Assembly: GCA_036149055.1 (NCBI GenBank)
Contig: JAYZQJ010000011.1
Coordinates: 1 to 29,970, forward strand
Length of the DNA stretch: 29,970 nt
Direction of reading: 5' to 3'
Origin: Myxococcota bacterium
Lineage (GTDB): Bacteria; Myxococcota_A; Polyangia; Polyangiales; Sandaracinaceae
The position numbers and the translations under genes are program-made. The notes under the pieces are model-generated. The model saw only the letters and a program-made list of their open reading frames with translations. It had not been told where the DNA came from and ran no database searches. Of this stretch, positions 15,125 through 24,446 are shown in pieces (positions within the stretch are counted from its first letter, which is position 1; each line of letters opens with the position of its first letter).

Positions 15125-17785
15125 ATGGCGCGCAAGGTCTGGAAGCGGGGCGGCGGCAGGGCCGAGGTGTGGGCCGACACGGTGTGGTTCGACGCGCGGT
15201 GGCGCTACGAGGTCGGGCCGGCGGCGGGGGACGCGCACACGGTCGCGGAGCGGGTCTCGGAGCTGAAGCAGGTCTGCACCGAGATCGGCGAGGTCGTCGA
15301 CTGGCACCGACAAGAGGGGCTGCACTGCCTCGCGCAAGGATCCCGCTGGTCCTTCGGCGAGGTGGTCGTGTCCCAGGACGGGATCCTCGAGACCCGCGGC
15401 ACCGACGGCGACCCGCGGCTGTCCCAGGTGATCGACTGGACCTGGGAGAACCGGCAGCCCCGCCGCGACGCGCTGCACCAGGCGCTGCTCCCCGCGCGGC
15501 AGGCCGACGGCTTCGAGTACGTCTACGTCGAGGCCGGGATCGAGATCGACGCGCTGATGCGGCGCCTCGACGCGCTGCACCTGTCGATGATCACCGCCGG
15601 CTCGTCGAGCGGGCAGACGCTGGCGGGGGTGATCAACACCGGCAGCCACGGCGGCGACTTCGACGCCCCGCCGCTCGCCGACATGGTCGAGGCCATCGTG
15701 CTCGTCGGCCCCGACGGCAAGGTCCGGTGGCTGGAGAGCCAGAGCGATCCGTTGACGGCCAGCCCCCAGGCGCTCCACCCGATCGCGAGCGTGCTGCGGG
15801 ACGACGACGCGTTCCGGGCGGCGCTGGTGAGCGTGGGCGCCGCCGGCGTGGTCGTGGCCTACGTGCTGCGGGTGCGGCGCGCGTACGGGCTCTGGGAGAC
15901 GCACCGGGTGCAGACCTGGGGCGAGGTGAAGGGCGCGATCGCCGACGGCAGCCTCTTCACCGCGCCGGATCCGTGGGAGGGCGCCGCGCGGCTGCCCGCC
16001 GCCGCGACCTATCGGGGCGTCGAGATCCTCATCAACCCGTTCGTCGACCCGGGCGACGGCGACCACCACGCGCACCTGGTGCGGCGGGCCGAGCACCCCA
16101 CGGCGGCGCTCGAGCTCGAGGACTGGGAGCGCGACTCGGGCGGGCTCAAGACGATCGTGCGGGCGGTGCTCGCGCTCGCCCAGAAGGACCGGCGCAAGTA
16201 CGCGGCCGCGATCGATCAGCTGCTGCTCGCCGGGCGGGGCGGCACCGGCGGCTTCGCCCCGGCTCACGCGGTGATGAACTACGGCCGCACGCGCTTCGAG
16301 AAGGTCTGGTCGGTGGACGTGGTGCTGCCCGCCGAGCGCGTGGTGGCCTTCCTCGACGAGGTGCTGGCCGCCTTCCGCGCCCGCATCGGCGGCGGCGACG
16401 TCGACGACGGCGACCGGTTCGGGGGGTTCTTGACGCTGCGCTACACGCGCCGGACGCGCGCGACCCTCGGCATGCAGAACGACGGCGACGCGGGGCCGGA
16501 GACCCAGCGCTTCGCGCACGTCGAGCTCTTCGTGCTGCAGGAGCTCGCCTCGCTCTACGACGACATCCTCTTCGACCCGCGCAACCCGGCGCGCGAGGGC
16601 GAGCGCTTCTACGAGGACTTCGTGACCGTCGCCGAGCGCTTCCACCGGGACGGGGCGCTGCGCTTCCACTGGGGCCAGATGGCGCGGTCGAGGGCGAGCT
16701 ACCGGGCGCCGGCCGACAAGGTGCTCGCGCGCTTCCACCGCGGCCTGCGCACCCTCGTCGGCCCGCACCGCTACGTCTTCGCCAACGCCCTGATGGCGGA
16801 CGCCGGCGTGGTCCCGGCGCCCAAGGGCTTCGCGCGGCTGCGCCCCCTCGCGACCGGGCCGGGGGCTCGCCTCACCGACACCCAGCGCCGCGCCTGCGCC
16901 GCCAGCGCGCCGGTCGCCAGCCCGGGCGCCGCCTTCCCGGTCTTCGCCACCGACGCCCACGGGCGGGTCAGCCGGCTGGGCGCCGACGGAGAGGCGCGGC
17001 CGCTGCGGGGCGCCCGCCCGGTCGACCCGGAGCGCAGCCCCAACGGGCAGCTCGCGGTGGGCGTGCGGCAGGACGGCGAGGCGTTCGTGGCCGCGCGCGA
17101 CGACGACCGACACCTGCACTGGATCCGCGCCGACCGCGGCTGGTCGCGCTGGGAGCGGGTCGAGCGGCGCGAGGTCGGCGACCCCGCGGTGGTCAGCCGG
17201 CCGGCGGCCATCGCCGCGATCTCGAGCGAGGGGCTCCACGTGTGGCGCGAGCGCGGCGACGGCTGGCGGCGGGCCGACGTGCGCGAGCCCGGGCTGGTCG
17301 GGCGGCCGGCGCTGGCCCGCGCGTCGGGGGAGCTGCTCGCACTCGCGCGCGCGACCGACGGGGCCCTGCGCCTGCGGGTGATGGGCGACGCCAAGTGGAA
17401 GAAGATCGGCGCCCGCACCGACCGGGACCCGGGGCTGATCGCGGTGGCGGACCGGGCGCTCGCGGTGTGGTGCACGCCGGAGGGAAAGCTGAGCGCGGCG
17501 GTGCTCCGGGCCGACGGCGAGCTCGACGGCGTGGCGGCGACGAGCGCGGACGCCCCCGGCCTGTCCGGCACCAGCGGCTTCGCGCTCGCCGCCAGCGGCC
17601 CGACGGTGACGGTGGCCTTCGCCGACGCCCAGCGCCGGGTGCAGGTGCGCCGCTTCGAGCTCGGCGTCGGCTGGAGCCGCGCCGAGGACGAGGACGTGCA
17701 CGACGTCGCCGCGGTCGGCGGCCCCGCCCTCGCCGACGGGAAGCTCCTGGTCAAGGTGGCGCACGACCTCCTCGCCGAGCGCTAG
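15125..17785 (+). CDS. FAD-binding (PCMH) aldonolactone-oxidase-like protein fused to a C-terminal beta-repeat domain
   Basis: GSRWSF, VEAGIEI, GQTLAGVINTGSHG, VSVGAAGVV and RFHWGQ (~RxHWGK), followed by ~320 aa of short beta-strand repeats. Confidence 0.78.
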   Translation: MARKVWKRGGGRAEVWADTVWFDARWRYEVGPAAGDAHTVAERVSELKQVCTEIGEVVDWHRQEGLHCLAQGSRWSFGEVVVSQDGILETRGTDGDPRLSQVIDWTWENRQPRRDALHQALLPARQADGFEYVYVEAGIEIDALMRRLDALHLSMITAGSSSGQTLAGVINTGSHGGDFDAPPLADMVEAIVLVGPDGKVRWLESQSDPLTASPQALHPIASVLRDDDAFRAALVSVGAAGVVVAYVLRVRRAYGLWETHRVQTWGEVKGAIADGSLFTAPDPWEGAARLPAAATYRGVEILINPFVDPGDGDHHAHLVRRAEHPTAALELEDWERDSGGLKTIVRAVLALAQKDRRKYAAAIDQLLLAGRGGTGGFAPAHAVMNYGRTRFEKVWSVDVVLPAERVVAFLDEVLAAFRARIGGGDVDDGDRFGGFLTLRYTRRTRATLGMQNDGDAGPETQRFAHVELFVLQELASLYDDILFDPRNPAREGERFYEDFVTVAERFHRDGALRFHWGQMARSRASYRAPADKVLARFHRGLRTLVGPHRYVFANALMADAGVVPAPKGFARLRPLATGPGARLTDTQRRACAASAPVASPGAAFPVFATDAHGRVSRLGADGEARPLRGARPVDPERSPNGQLAVGVRQDGEAFVAARDDDRHLHWIRADRGWSRWERVERREVGDPAVVSRPAAIAAISSEGLHVWRERGDGWRRADVREPGLVGRPALARASGELLALARATDGALRLRVMGDAKWKKIGARTDRDPGLIAVADRALAVWCTPEGKLSAAVLRADGELDGVAATSADAPGLSGTSGFALAASGPTVTVAFADAQRRVQVRRFELGVGWSRAEDEDVHDVAAVGGPALADGKLLVKVAHDLLAER

Positions 17786-17924
17786 CAGGCGCCGTCCCTC
17801 GGCTCGTGCCTGCGAGTCCGACATCGAGTCCGACGCCCTCGTTGTCGACGCAGCTCAGGGGAGGAGGGAGGTAGGAGGCGAGGAGGAATCGCCAGGCCCG
17901 GCGCCGCGCCCGCTGTCGGCCCCC

Positions 17925-18140
17925 GCCGCCGCCGCCGTCGCTGCCGCTGCCGGCCTCGCCTCCGCTGCCGCGCTCGCTGCCGCTGCCGCGCTCGCTGCCG
18001 CTGCCGACCCCGCTGCCCCTGCCGCCTTCGCTGCCGCTGCTCCGCGTCGCTCTCGGACTCGGACTCGGCGTCGGACTCGGACTCGGACTCGGACTCGGAC
18101 TCGGACTCGGTCTCGGCGTCGGTCTCGGATTCGGAGTCGC
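17925..18140. repeat. Composite microsatellite: 18-mer NNNNCGCTGCCGCTGCCG units followed by (TCGGAC)n
   Basis: Read directly. Located between convergent genes. Confidence 0.85.
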
Positions 18141-18195
18141 CGAGCACGGGGCGAGTGCGTCCGACCCCGTGCCCGCGCAGCCCGCTGGACCGAGC

Positions 18196-19980
18196 TCAGC
18201 CCCCGGCGCGGCCGGGGAGGCGGATCTCGAACACCGTGCCGCCGCCCTCGTTCTCGCGGACCGCGATGGTGCCGCCGTGCTGCTGCACGATGTTGCGCAC
18301 GATCGAGAGGCCGAGGCCGGTGCCCTTGCCTTCTCCCTTGGTGCTGAAGAAGGGCTCGAAGATCTTCTCGCGCTGCTGCGCCGGGATGCCGCAGCCGTTG
18401 TCGCCGATCGTGATCCGCAGGTGGTCCTCGTCGTCGACGTGGGTGCCCAGCGTGATGCGGCCGCCCTCGACCGGGAGCGCGTGGCAGGCGTTGGTGATCA
18501 GGTTGATGAAGACCTGGTGGAGCTGGCCCTTCACCGCGTAGACGCTGCCGTCGGCGTCCTCGTATCGCTTGACGATGTCGGCGTCGACCTCGCCGACCAC
18601 GTGCTCGCAGAAGAGCAGCGACTGCTCGAGGATGTCGCGGATGCGCACGAACGCGGGCTCCTCGGTCGAGGGCCGGGCGTAGGTCACGAGGTCCCGGGTG
18701 AACTTCAGGATGCGGTCGGCGCTCTCGACGATGCGGCGCAGCTTCTCGAGGTCGGCCGGCTCGTAGTCGGCGCGCTCGCCCTTGCGCAGCAGGTACTCGC
18801 CGTAGACCGAGATGCTGGTGAGCGGGTTGTTCAGCTCGTGCACCACGCCCGCCGCGAGCTGGCCGAGGGTGGCGAGCTTCTCCGCCTGGATGATCTGCTC
18901 CTCGAGCTCGCGCAGCTCCGTGAGGTCGCGGCCGATCGCGATCACGCCCTCGATCTCCCCGTCCGCCGCGAGGATGGAGGCGGTGTTGATCACGATGCGC
19001 GAGTGCCCGCCCGACGCGCGCGGGATGCGGACCTCGAAGTTGCTCGTCGACTCGCCGCGCAGGGCGCGGATGAACACCGGGAGGATCCGGCCGCGCTCCG
19101 TCTCCGGCAGCAGCTGCAGGAAGTCGCGGCCCATCAGCTCCTCGCGGCTGGCCGTGGTCAGGGCGAGGAAGGCCCGGTTGACGACGCGCAGCTCGCGGTC
19201 CTTGCCGATGACCACGATGGGCGCGTTGGCGTGGTCGAGCAGCTTGCCGAGGTTGTCGCGTAGGTAGTTCGACTCGCGGAGCAGTCGCGCGTTGCGGAGG
19301 CTCGCCCCGAGCTGCACCGCGAGCGGCACGATCAGCGAGCGATCGAAGCGCGGCTCGGTGAGCTCCGGCTCGTACTCGACGCTCAGCACCCCCGCGAAGG
19401 TGCCGCCGGTGATCAGCGGGATGTCGAAGCCCGCGCCGGGCTGCTCGAAGATCGAGCGGTAGGTCTCGGTGACGCCGTCGATGTTGCCCTCGAGATCCCG
19501 CGGGAACAGCTCGTGGCGCTCGATCGCCGCCTCGCTCAGGAGCAGCCGGTCGCGCTGGGCCTCGTCGAGCTTCCCGGTGGCGTAGACCAGCGACAGCTCC
19601 GAGTCCTCGGCCGAGAGGAGCCGCACCGCGAACCGCCGGCGCGGGAAGAGCACGCGCAGCGCCTCGACGTAGCCGTGCACGATGGCCTCGTCCTGCATCT
19701 CGACGCTGACGGTGCGGTTCAGCTCGAGGACGTTGAAGAGCATCTCCTCCGACGAGGGCGGCTCGAGGCGGCCGCGGATCGCGAGGGCCGCGCGCTTGGC
19801 GGCCTGCACCTCGTAGCGCTCGCGCTTACCGGTGTCGCTCGACGGCGGGTTCGCGGGGCGGGGGCTGACGTGGCTCCGGCGCTCGACCGGCACCTCGGCG
19901 GTCTGCTCCGGATCCCGCTCGGTGATCCCGGAGCGGTCCGGCGCGTCGCCTTCGCCCTTGCTCGCCGAGCCCTTCGTCAA
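18196..19980 (-). CDS. Sensor histidine kinase (GAF-like, PAS, HisKA, HATPase)
   Basis: H-box VVHELNNPL, N-box QVFINLITNA, G1 DNGCGI, F-box IFEPFFSTK, G2 GTGLGL. The TTG start at 19980 overlaps the upstream TGA (TTGA); the exact start is uncertain. Confidence 0.92.
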   Translation of the reverse strand: MTKGSASKGEGDAPDRSGITERDPEQTAEVPVERRSHVSPRPANPPSSDTGKRERYEVQAAKRAALAIRGRLEPPSSEEMLFNVLELNRTVSVEMQDEAIVHGYVEALRVLFPRRRFAVRLLSAEDSELSLVYATGKLDEAQRDRLLLSEAAIERHELFPRDLEGNIDGVTETYRSIFEQPGAGFDIPLITGGTFAGVLSVEYEPELTEPRFDRSLIVPLAVQLGASLRNARLLRESNYLRDNLGKLLDHANAPIVVIGKDRELRVVNRAFLALTTASREELMGRDFLQLLPETERGRILPVFIRALRGESTSNFEVRIPRASGGHSRIVINTASILAADGEIEGVIAIGRDLTELRELEEQIIQAEKLATLGQLAAGVVHELNNPLTSISVYGEYLLRKGERADYEPADLEKLRRIVESADRILKFTRDLVTYARPSTEEPAFVRIRDILEQSLLFCEHVVGEVDADIVKRYEDADGSVYAVKGQLHQVFINLITNACHALPVEGGRITLGTHVDDEDHLRITIGDNGCGIPAQQREKIFEPFFSTKGEGKGTGLGLSIVRNIVQQHGGTIAVRENEGGGTVFEIRLPGRAGG

Positions 19981-22073
19981 GGCGCGTTCCCTTCGTTGTC
20001 TTCGGTGGTCTGCTCCGCCGCCGGTCGGTCCCCCGCGGTCCTCTCTCCCGCGGCCCGGTCTCCAGCAGCTTTGTCGAGGTCCAGGATCTTCTGCGCGCCC
20101 ACGTAGCTCTTCGTCTCGTAGCGCGTGATCTTGCCGATCTTGCGGACGATGTCGGCCATGCGCTCCGCCTCGCGCACGATGACCTCCGCCGCGTGGTGCT
20201 CGGGCGAGCCGGCCGAGAGCTTCCGCTGCAGCAGCTCCCCGTAGCCGATCACGCTCGTCAGCGGCTGGTTGAGCTCGTGCGCCGCCGTGCCGGCGAGCTC
20301 GGCGATCAGGGCCTGCTTCTCGGTCACCGCGAGCTTCTGCTGCGCCTGCGCGAGGCGCTCCTCGACCCGCAGCTTCTCGCGCAGATCGGTGAAGATGCCA
20401 ACCGTCGCCGACGGCTTGCCCTGCTCGTCGAAGATCATCGCCGCGCTCAGCATGATCGGGAGCAGCACGCCGTTCTTGTCGATGGCGTCGAACCGGATGC
20501 TCTCGAGGCGCCCCTCGCCGCCGTGGCCGGGCGAGCGCAGCAGCCGCATGACCTCGTAGGCGCGCCCCTCGGGGTAGAGCTGGGTGACGTGCATCTGGTG
20601 CACGACGTCCTCCGCGCGGTGCCCGTAGATGCGCTCCGCTCCCTCGTTGAAGAGGAGGATCTCGCCCTTCATGTCCGCGGCGATGATCGCGTCGACCGAG
20701 GCGTTGATCAGCGACTCCAGGAACTCCTTGGTCCGGAGCAGCTCGGCCGCGGTCTCGCGGTCCTTGGTGACGTCGCGGAAGGAGACGAGGATGGCGCCCT
20801 CGCTCTCGAGCAGCGCCGAGAACGAGCAGCTGACGATGCGGACGTCTCCGTCGGGGCGCCGCATCCGGAGGTCGACCCCGCGGGGGAAGTCGCCGTCGCG
20901 CACGCCGCGCCAGATGTCGAGCAGCGTCTTGTGGTCGGCGGGATCGATCAGCTTGCGGAGGAACTGCCCCCGGATCTCCTCCTCGCCGACGCCCGCGATC
21001 TCGTAGGCGCGGGGGTTGGCGAAGAGCATCTTGCCGTCGGGATCCACCGCCGCGAGGCCGTCGGCGGCCGAGGTGAAGAGGTTCGCGTAGCGCTTGAGCG
21101 CGCGGAGCCGGCGCTCCGCCTCGAAGCGGGCGAAGTTCACCTTCTGCGTCTGGTCGCGCAGCGACTGCATGACGCGCGCGTTGCGGAGCGCGATGGCGGT
21201 CGCGTTGGCGACGCTGCGGCAGAAGGCAATCTCGCGCGACGAGAGCGTGCCGCGGCGGGCCGAGCGCAGGAAGAGCACGCCCATCGCCTGGTCCTGCCAG
21301 ACGATCGGCAGGAGGCTGAGCGCGCCCACCTGATCGGCGGGCACGTTGTCGCGCACTCCGTCGAGCACCGGGTGGGTGGTCGTGTCCGCGATCGTCAGCG
21401 GCTCGCGGGTGCGCAGCACCTGCTGGATCTCGGGGTACTTCTCGAGGTCGATCTGGAGGTTGGCGATCTCGCGGTCGTCGCTGGTCGCGACCACGAAGCC
21501 GATCTCGGGCTGGTCGCCGTCCGGGCTGAGCACGATGCTCGCGCGGTCGACGTTCATCACCTCGGCGAGGCGCCGCACGACGGTGTGGAGGATCTCGGAG
21601 AAGTCGAGCGACGAGGCGAGGGCCTGGGTCAGCTCGAGCATCGCCTGGGCGTCGCGCTCCTTCTGGGCGAGCCGGTCGAGGTAGTCGCGGTTGCGGAGCA
21701 GGCCGCGCAGCCGCCCGACGAGCTCCACCAGCGGCGCGTCGAGGGCCACGAAGTCGTCGGCCCCGGCCGCGTAGGCCTCGGTCACCGCCTGCTCGCTCGG
21801 CCGGCCGCGCACCACCACGTTGGGCTGCATGCCCTCGCGGGCCCGCACCGCGCTCAGCACCTCGAGCGCGAGCGGCTGGCAGACCACCACCCCGCTGACC
21901 TCCTCGGGCCCCGCGTCGAGGTGCAGCGCGGCGTCGCTCGCGCTGGAGGCGGCCGCGGTCTCGAAGCCGGCGCGATGCAGCTCCTGCCGGAGCCCCTCGA
22001 GGGTCTCCAGATCGGAGTCCACCACGAGCAGCGTGCGCGGCCGCTCGGGCGGGTGTGTCTGTCGGGGGGGCAC
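19977..22073 (-). CDS. Pseudo-receiver–GAF–PAS–PAS–HisKA protein lacking the HATPase domain
   Basis: LLVVDSD…AGADDFV receiver-like N-terminus, GAF, two PAS domains ending DVT and DLR, and H-box AAHELNQPL. The protein ends ~85 aa after the H-box without N/G boxes. Start is GTG 22073 or ATG 22103. Confidence 0.88.
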   Translation of the reverse strand: MPPRQTHPPERPRTLLVVDSDLETLEGLRQELHRAGFETAAASSASDAALHLDAGPEEVSGVVVCQPLALEVLSAVRAREGMQPNVVVRGRPSEQAVTEAYAAGADDFVALDAPLVELVGRLRGLLRNRDYLDRLAQKERDAQAMLELTQALASSLDFSEILHTVVRRLAEVMNVDRASIVLSPDGDQPEIGFVVATSDDREIANLQIDLEKYPEIQQVLRTREPLTIADTTTHPVLDGVRDNVPADQVGALSLLPIVWQDQAMGVLFLRSARRGTLSSREIAFCRSVANATAIALRNARVMQSLRDQTQKVNFARFEAERRLRALKRYANLFTSAADGLAAVDPDGKMLFANPRAYEIAGVGEEEIRGQFLRKLIDPADHKTLLDIWRGVRDGDFPRGVDLRMRRPDGDVRIVSCSFSALLESEGAILVSFRDVTKDRETAAELLRTKEFLESLINASVDAIIAADMKGEILLFNEGAERIYGHRAEDVVHQMHVTQLYPEGRAYEVMRLLRSPGHGGEGRLESIRFDAIDKNGVLLPIMLSAAMIFDEQGKPSATVGIFTDLREKLRVEERLAQAQQKLAVTEKQALIAELAGTAAHELNQPLTSVIGYGELLQRKLSAGSPEHHAAEVIVREAERMADIVRKIGKITRYETKSYVGAQKILDLDKAAGDRAAGERTAGDRPAAEQTTEDNEGNAP

Positions 22074-22153
22074 CCAGGGCGGAATGTAGCAGAATTCCGA
22101 CATCCAGCCCCGCTGGCCGGCGGGGGACCGCCCCACTATCATCGCGGCCCCGC

Positions 22154-23233
22154 ATGCCCGCCCGAACCCGGTCCCGGCTCGCTTGGCTCGCGCTCGCGCT
22201 CGCGGCGGCCAGCCCCGCGGCCGCGCAGGACGATCCGGCGGCGGACGAGGAGGCCGATCCGCCGCTCCGGGTCGCGGTGCTGCTGGTCCCCGCCGGGGAC
22301 GTCGACCCGACCGCGGCCGAGGGCCTCGAGGAGCTGCTGATCGGCGCGGTGGCGGCCCGCGGCGGGCTGCGCATCGTCGGGCGCGAAGAGCTCCAGGCCC
22401 AGCTCGGCCAGGGAGACGCGGCCGCGCTCGAGTGCGTCGCGTCGATGACCTGCCTCGGGCGGGTCGGCGTGCAGCTCGGGGTGCGCGAGGTCATCGCCGG
22501 CACCCTCGCCCAGCGCGGCGACGAGTGGGTCTTCCACCTCGACCGGGTCGACGTGCGCAACGGCGAGACCCTCGGCCGGGTGTTCCGCGAGGTGCGCGGG
22601 GACCTCGGCGCGGTGGCCGACGCGCTCGGCGCCGCGACCGCCGAGCTCTACGTGCCGCCGGTCCGGCCGGGGGCCCTGGTGGTCTCCGGCGCCCCGCGCG
22701 GCGCGGAGGTCACGCTCGACGGCGTGCTGCTCGGCCACCTCGGCGCCGAGCCCCTGCGCCGGGGCGACCTCGAGCCCGGCGCGCACGAGCTCCGGGTGGA
22801 GGCGCCCGGCCACGAGCCCTGGTCGCGCACGGTGGAGGTCACGGCCGGCGCCGAGCTGCACCTCGAGCCGAGGCTGACGGAGATCGCGGCGCCGCGCGCC
22901 CGGGTCGAGGAGTCGATCCACCCCGCGGTCTGGGTCCTCGGCGGGGTCGCCGCCGGCTCCCTCGCCGCCGCCGTCGCGCTCGGGGTGAGCTCGCAGACCG
23001 GGTTCGACCCGCTCGAGGCGGAGGCGCGCCAGGGCGGCGCGGTCACCCGGGCGGAGGCGCTGGAGTTCTACGCGGCGCGCGAGCGCGAGGCGATCGCGGC
23101 CGACGTGCTCTTCGCGGTGGCCGGCGCGGCGGCGATCGCGGGCGTGGTCGCCCTGTTCTTCCCGGAGCGGCGGATCGTGCTCGACGAGGTCGGGCTCGAG
23201 CTGTCGCCGGCCGGGCTCCGGGGGACCTTCTGA
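22154..23233 (+). CDS. PEGA domain-containing exported/membrane protein
   Basis: Signal peptide, C….CL..VG.QLG N-terminal domain, PEGA motif PRGAEVTLDG…GAHELRVEAPGHEPW, and a C-terminal hydrophobic hairpin. Confidence 0.85.
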   Translation: MPARTRSRLAWLALALAAASPAAAQDDPAADEEADPPLRVAVLLVPAGDVDPTAAEGLEELLIGAVAARGGLRIVGREELQAQLGQGDAAALECVASMTCLGRVGVQLGVREVIAGTLAQRGDEWVFHLDRVDVRNGETLGRVFREVRGDLGAVADALGAATAELYVPPVRPGALVVSGAPRGAEVTLDGVLLGHLGAEPLRRGDLEPGAHELRVEAPGHEPWSRTVEVTAGAELHLEPRLTEIAAPRARVEESIHPAVWVLGGVAAGSLAAAVALGVSSQTGFDPLEAEARQGGAVTRAEALEFYAAREREAIAADVLFAVAGAAAIAGVVALFFPERRIVLDEVGLELSPAGLRGTF

Positions 23234-24411
23234 TGCGCTGGCTGCTCGTGGCGCTGCTCCTGTCGGGCTGCGTCGTCGACCGCCCGGACGTGCTCGACGA
23301 GGGCTTCTGGGCCTGCGCGAGCCCCGAGGACTGCGGGCCCGACCAGGGCTGCGCGGAGGGCAACGTCTACAGCCGCGACTTCTGCCGCCCGGCCTGCGAC
23401 CGCAACGACCCCTCCACCTGCGACGGCGTCTGCACCGCGACCGGGGCCTGCCTGGAGCGCTGCACCATCGGCGCCGACGGCGCGCCGTCCGGCTGCGCGG
23501 GCGAGGACTTCACCTGCGTGCGGATCGACGCGGTCACCGACGAGGGCGTGTGCTTCCCGGTGCAGGGCTGCAGCCGCACCGCCGACTGCCCGAGCGACGG
23601 CGAGGTGCCGCAGGTCTGCCTCAACGAGGCGCTCGGCCTGCCGGCGACGACGGTCACCGAGCTCAGCTTCGACAACCTCTACTGCAGCGCGCGCCCCGAC
23701 GGCGAGGGCCGCTGCCCGGCGGGGTACCTGAGCTTCCGCTTCGCCAACGACGACGGCAGCGTCACCTCGGTCTGCTACCCGAAGTGCGAGCCCGACGTGG
23801 ACGGCCCCTTCTGCCCGCCGTCGACCACCTGCTTCCGGGGCTTCGGCGAGCTGCTCGGCATCGAGGAGACGCCCTGCTTCCCCGGCATCTACGGCCTGCC
23901 CTGCGAGGACGACACGCACTGCCTCTTCGGGCGGTGCCTCACCGTCGGCCCCGGCCAGCGCGCGTGCACCGAGACGTGCGAGTGGGCCGAGGAGAACATG
24001 GGCGGCTGCGAGGCGCTGGGCCGCTTCGCCGAGGGCACCGGGGCGGCGGTGCGCGTGACCTGCGAGGACATCAACGGCGTCGACACCTGCCGGCCTCGCT
24101 ACGACCTGTTCTCGCTCTGCGACCAGCAGCTCGACTGCGTCGGCGACGACAGCTTCTGCACCTTCATCGACCTCGGGTCGCTCGAGGCGCATCTTTGCTT
24201 GCGCGGCTGCTTCACCGCCGAGGACTGCGCCGAGGGCACCGGCGGCACCGCGGTCGACTACCGCTGCGCCTCCCCGCGGCTCGGCGAGCCGGGCCTCTGC
24301 CTGCGCCGCCGCCCGAACGGCGCCCGGTGCGCCGACGACCGGGACTGCCGGGACGGCGCCTGCTGCGACGTCGGCGACGGGATCCGCGCGTGCCTGCGCT
24401 CGTGCCCTTGA
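23233..24411 (+). CDS. Cys-rich lipoprotein (392 aa)
   Basis: MRWLLVALLLSG-C lipobox, TGATG coupling to the PEGA gene, and many C-x3-DC modules. Confidence 0.85.
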   Translation: MRWLLVALLLSGCVVDRPDVLDEGFWACASPEDCGPDQGCAEGNVYSRDFCRPACDRNDPSTCDGVCTATGACLERCTIGADGAPSGCAGEDFTCVRIDAVTDEGVCFPVQGCSRTADCPSDGEVPQVCLNEALGLPATTVTELSFDNLYCSARPDGEGRCPAGYLSFRFANDDGSVTSVCYPKCEPDVDGPFCPPSTTCFRGFGELLGIEETPCFPGIYGLPCEDDTHCLFGRCLTVGPGQRACTETCEWAEENMGGCEALGRFAEGTGAAVRVTCEDINGVDTCRPRYDLFSLCDQQLDCVGDDSFCTFIDLGSLEAHLCLRGCFTAEDCAEGTGGTAVDYRCASPRLGEPGLCLRRRPNGARCADDRDCRDGACCDVGDGIRACLRSCP

Positions 24412-24446
24412 TGGCCGGCCGCCTCCGAACCTGATACGACAGCGGC

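Noticed and set aside
17782..18147. 121-aa ES/RQ low-complexity ORF (and 29263-29805, plus the N-terminal extensions of 27777-29855 and 28328-29635)
   Set aside because: These are translations of hexamer-based microsatellites, which are open in several frames. There is no RBS or domain evidence.
19977..20300. Frameshift splitting one histidine kinase into two ORFs
   Set aside because: The downstream ORF has its own sensor domains and H-box, so the two are separate proteins.
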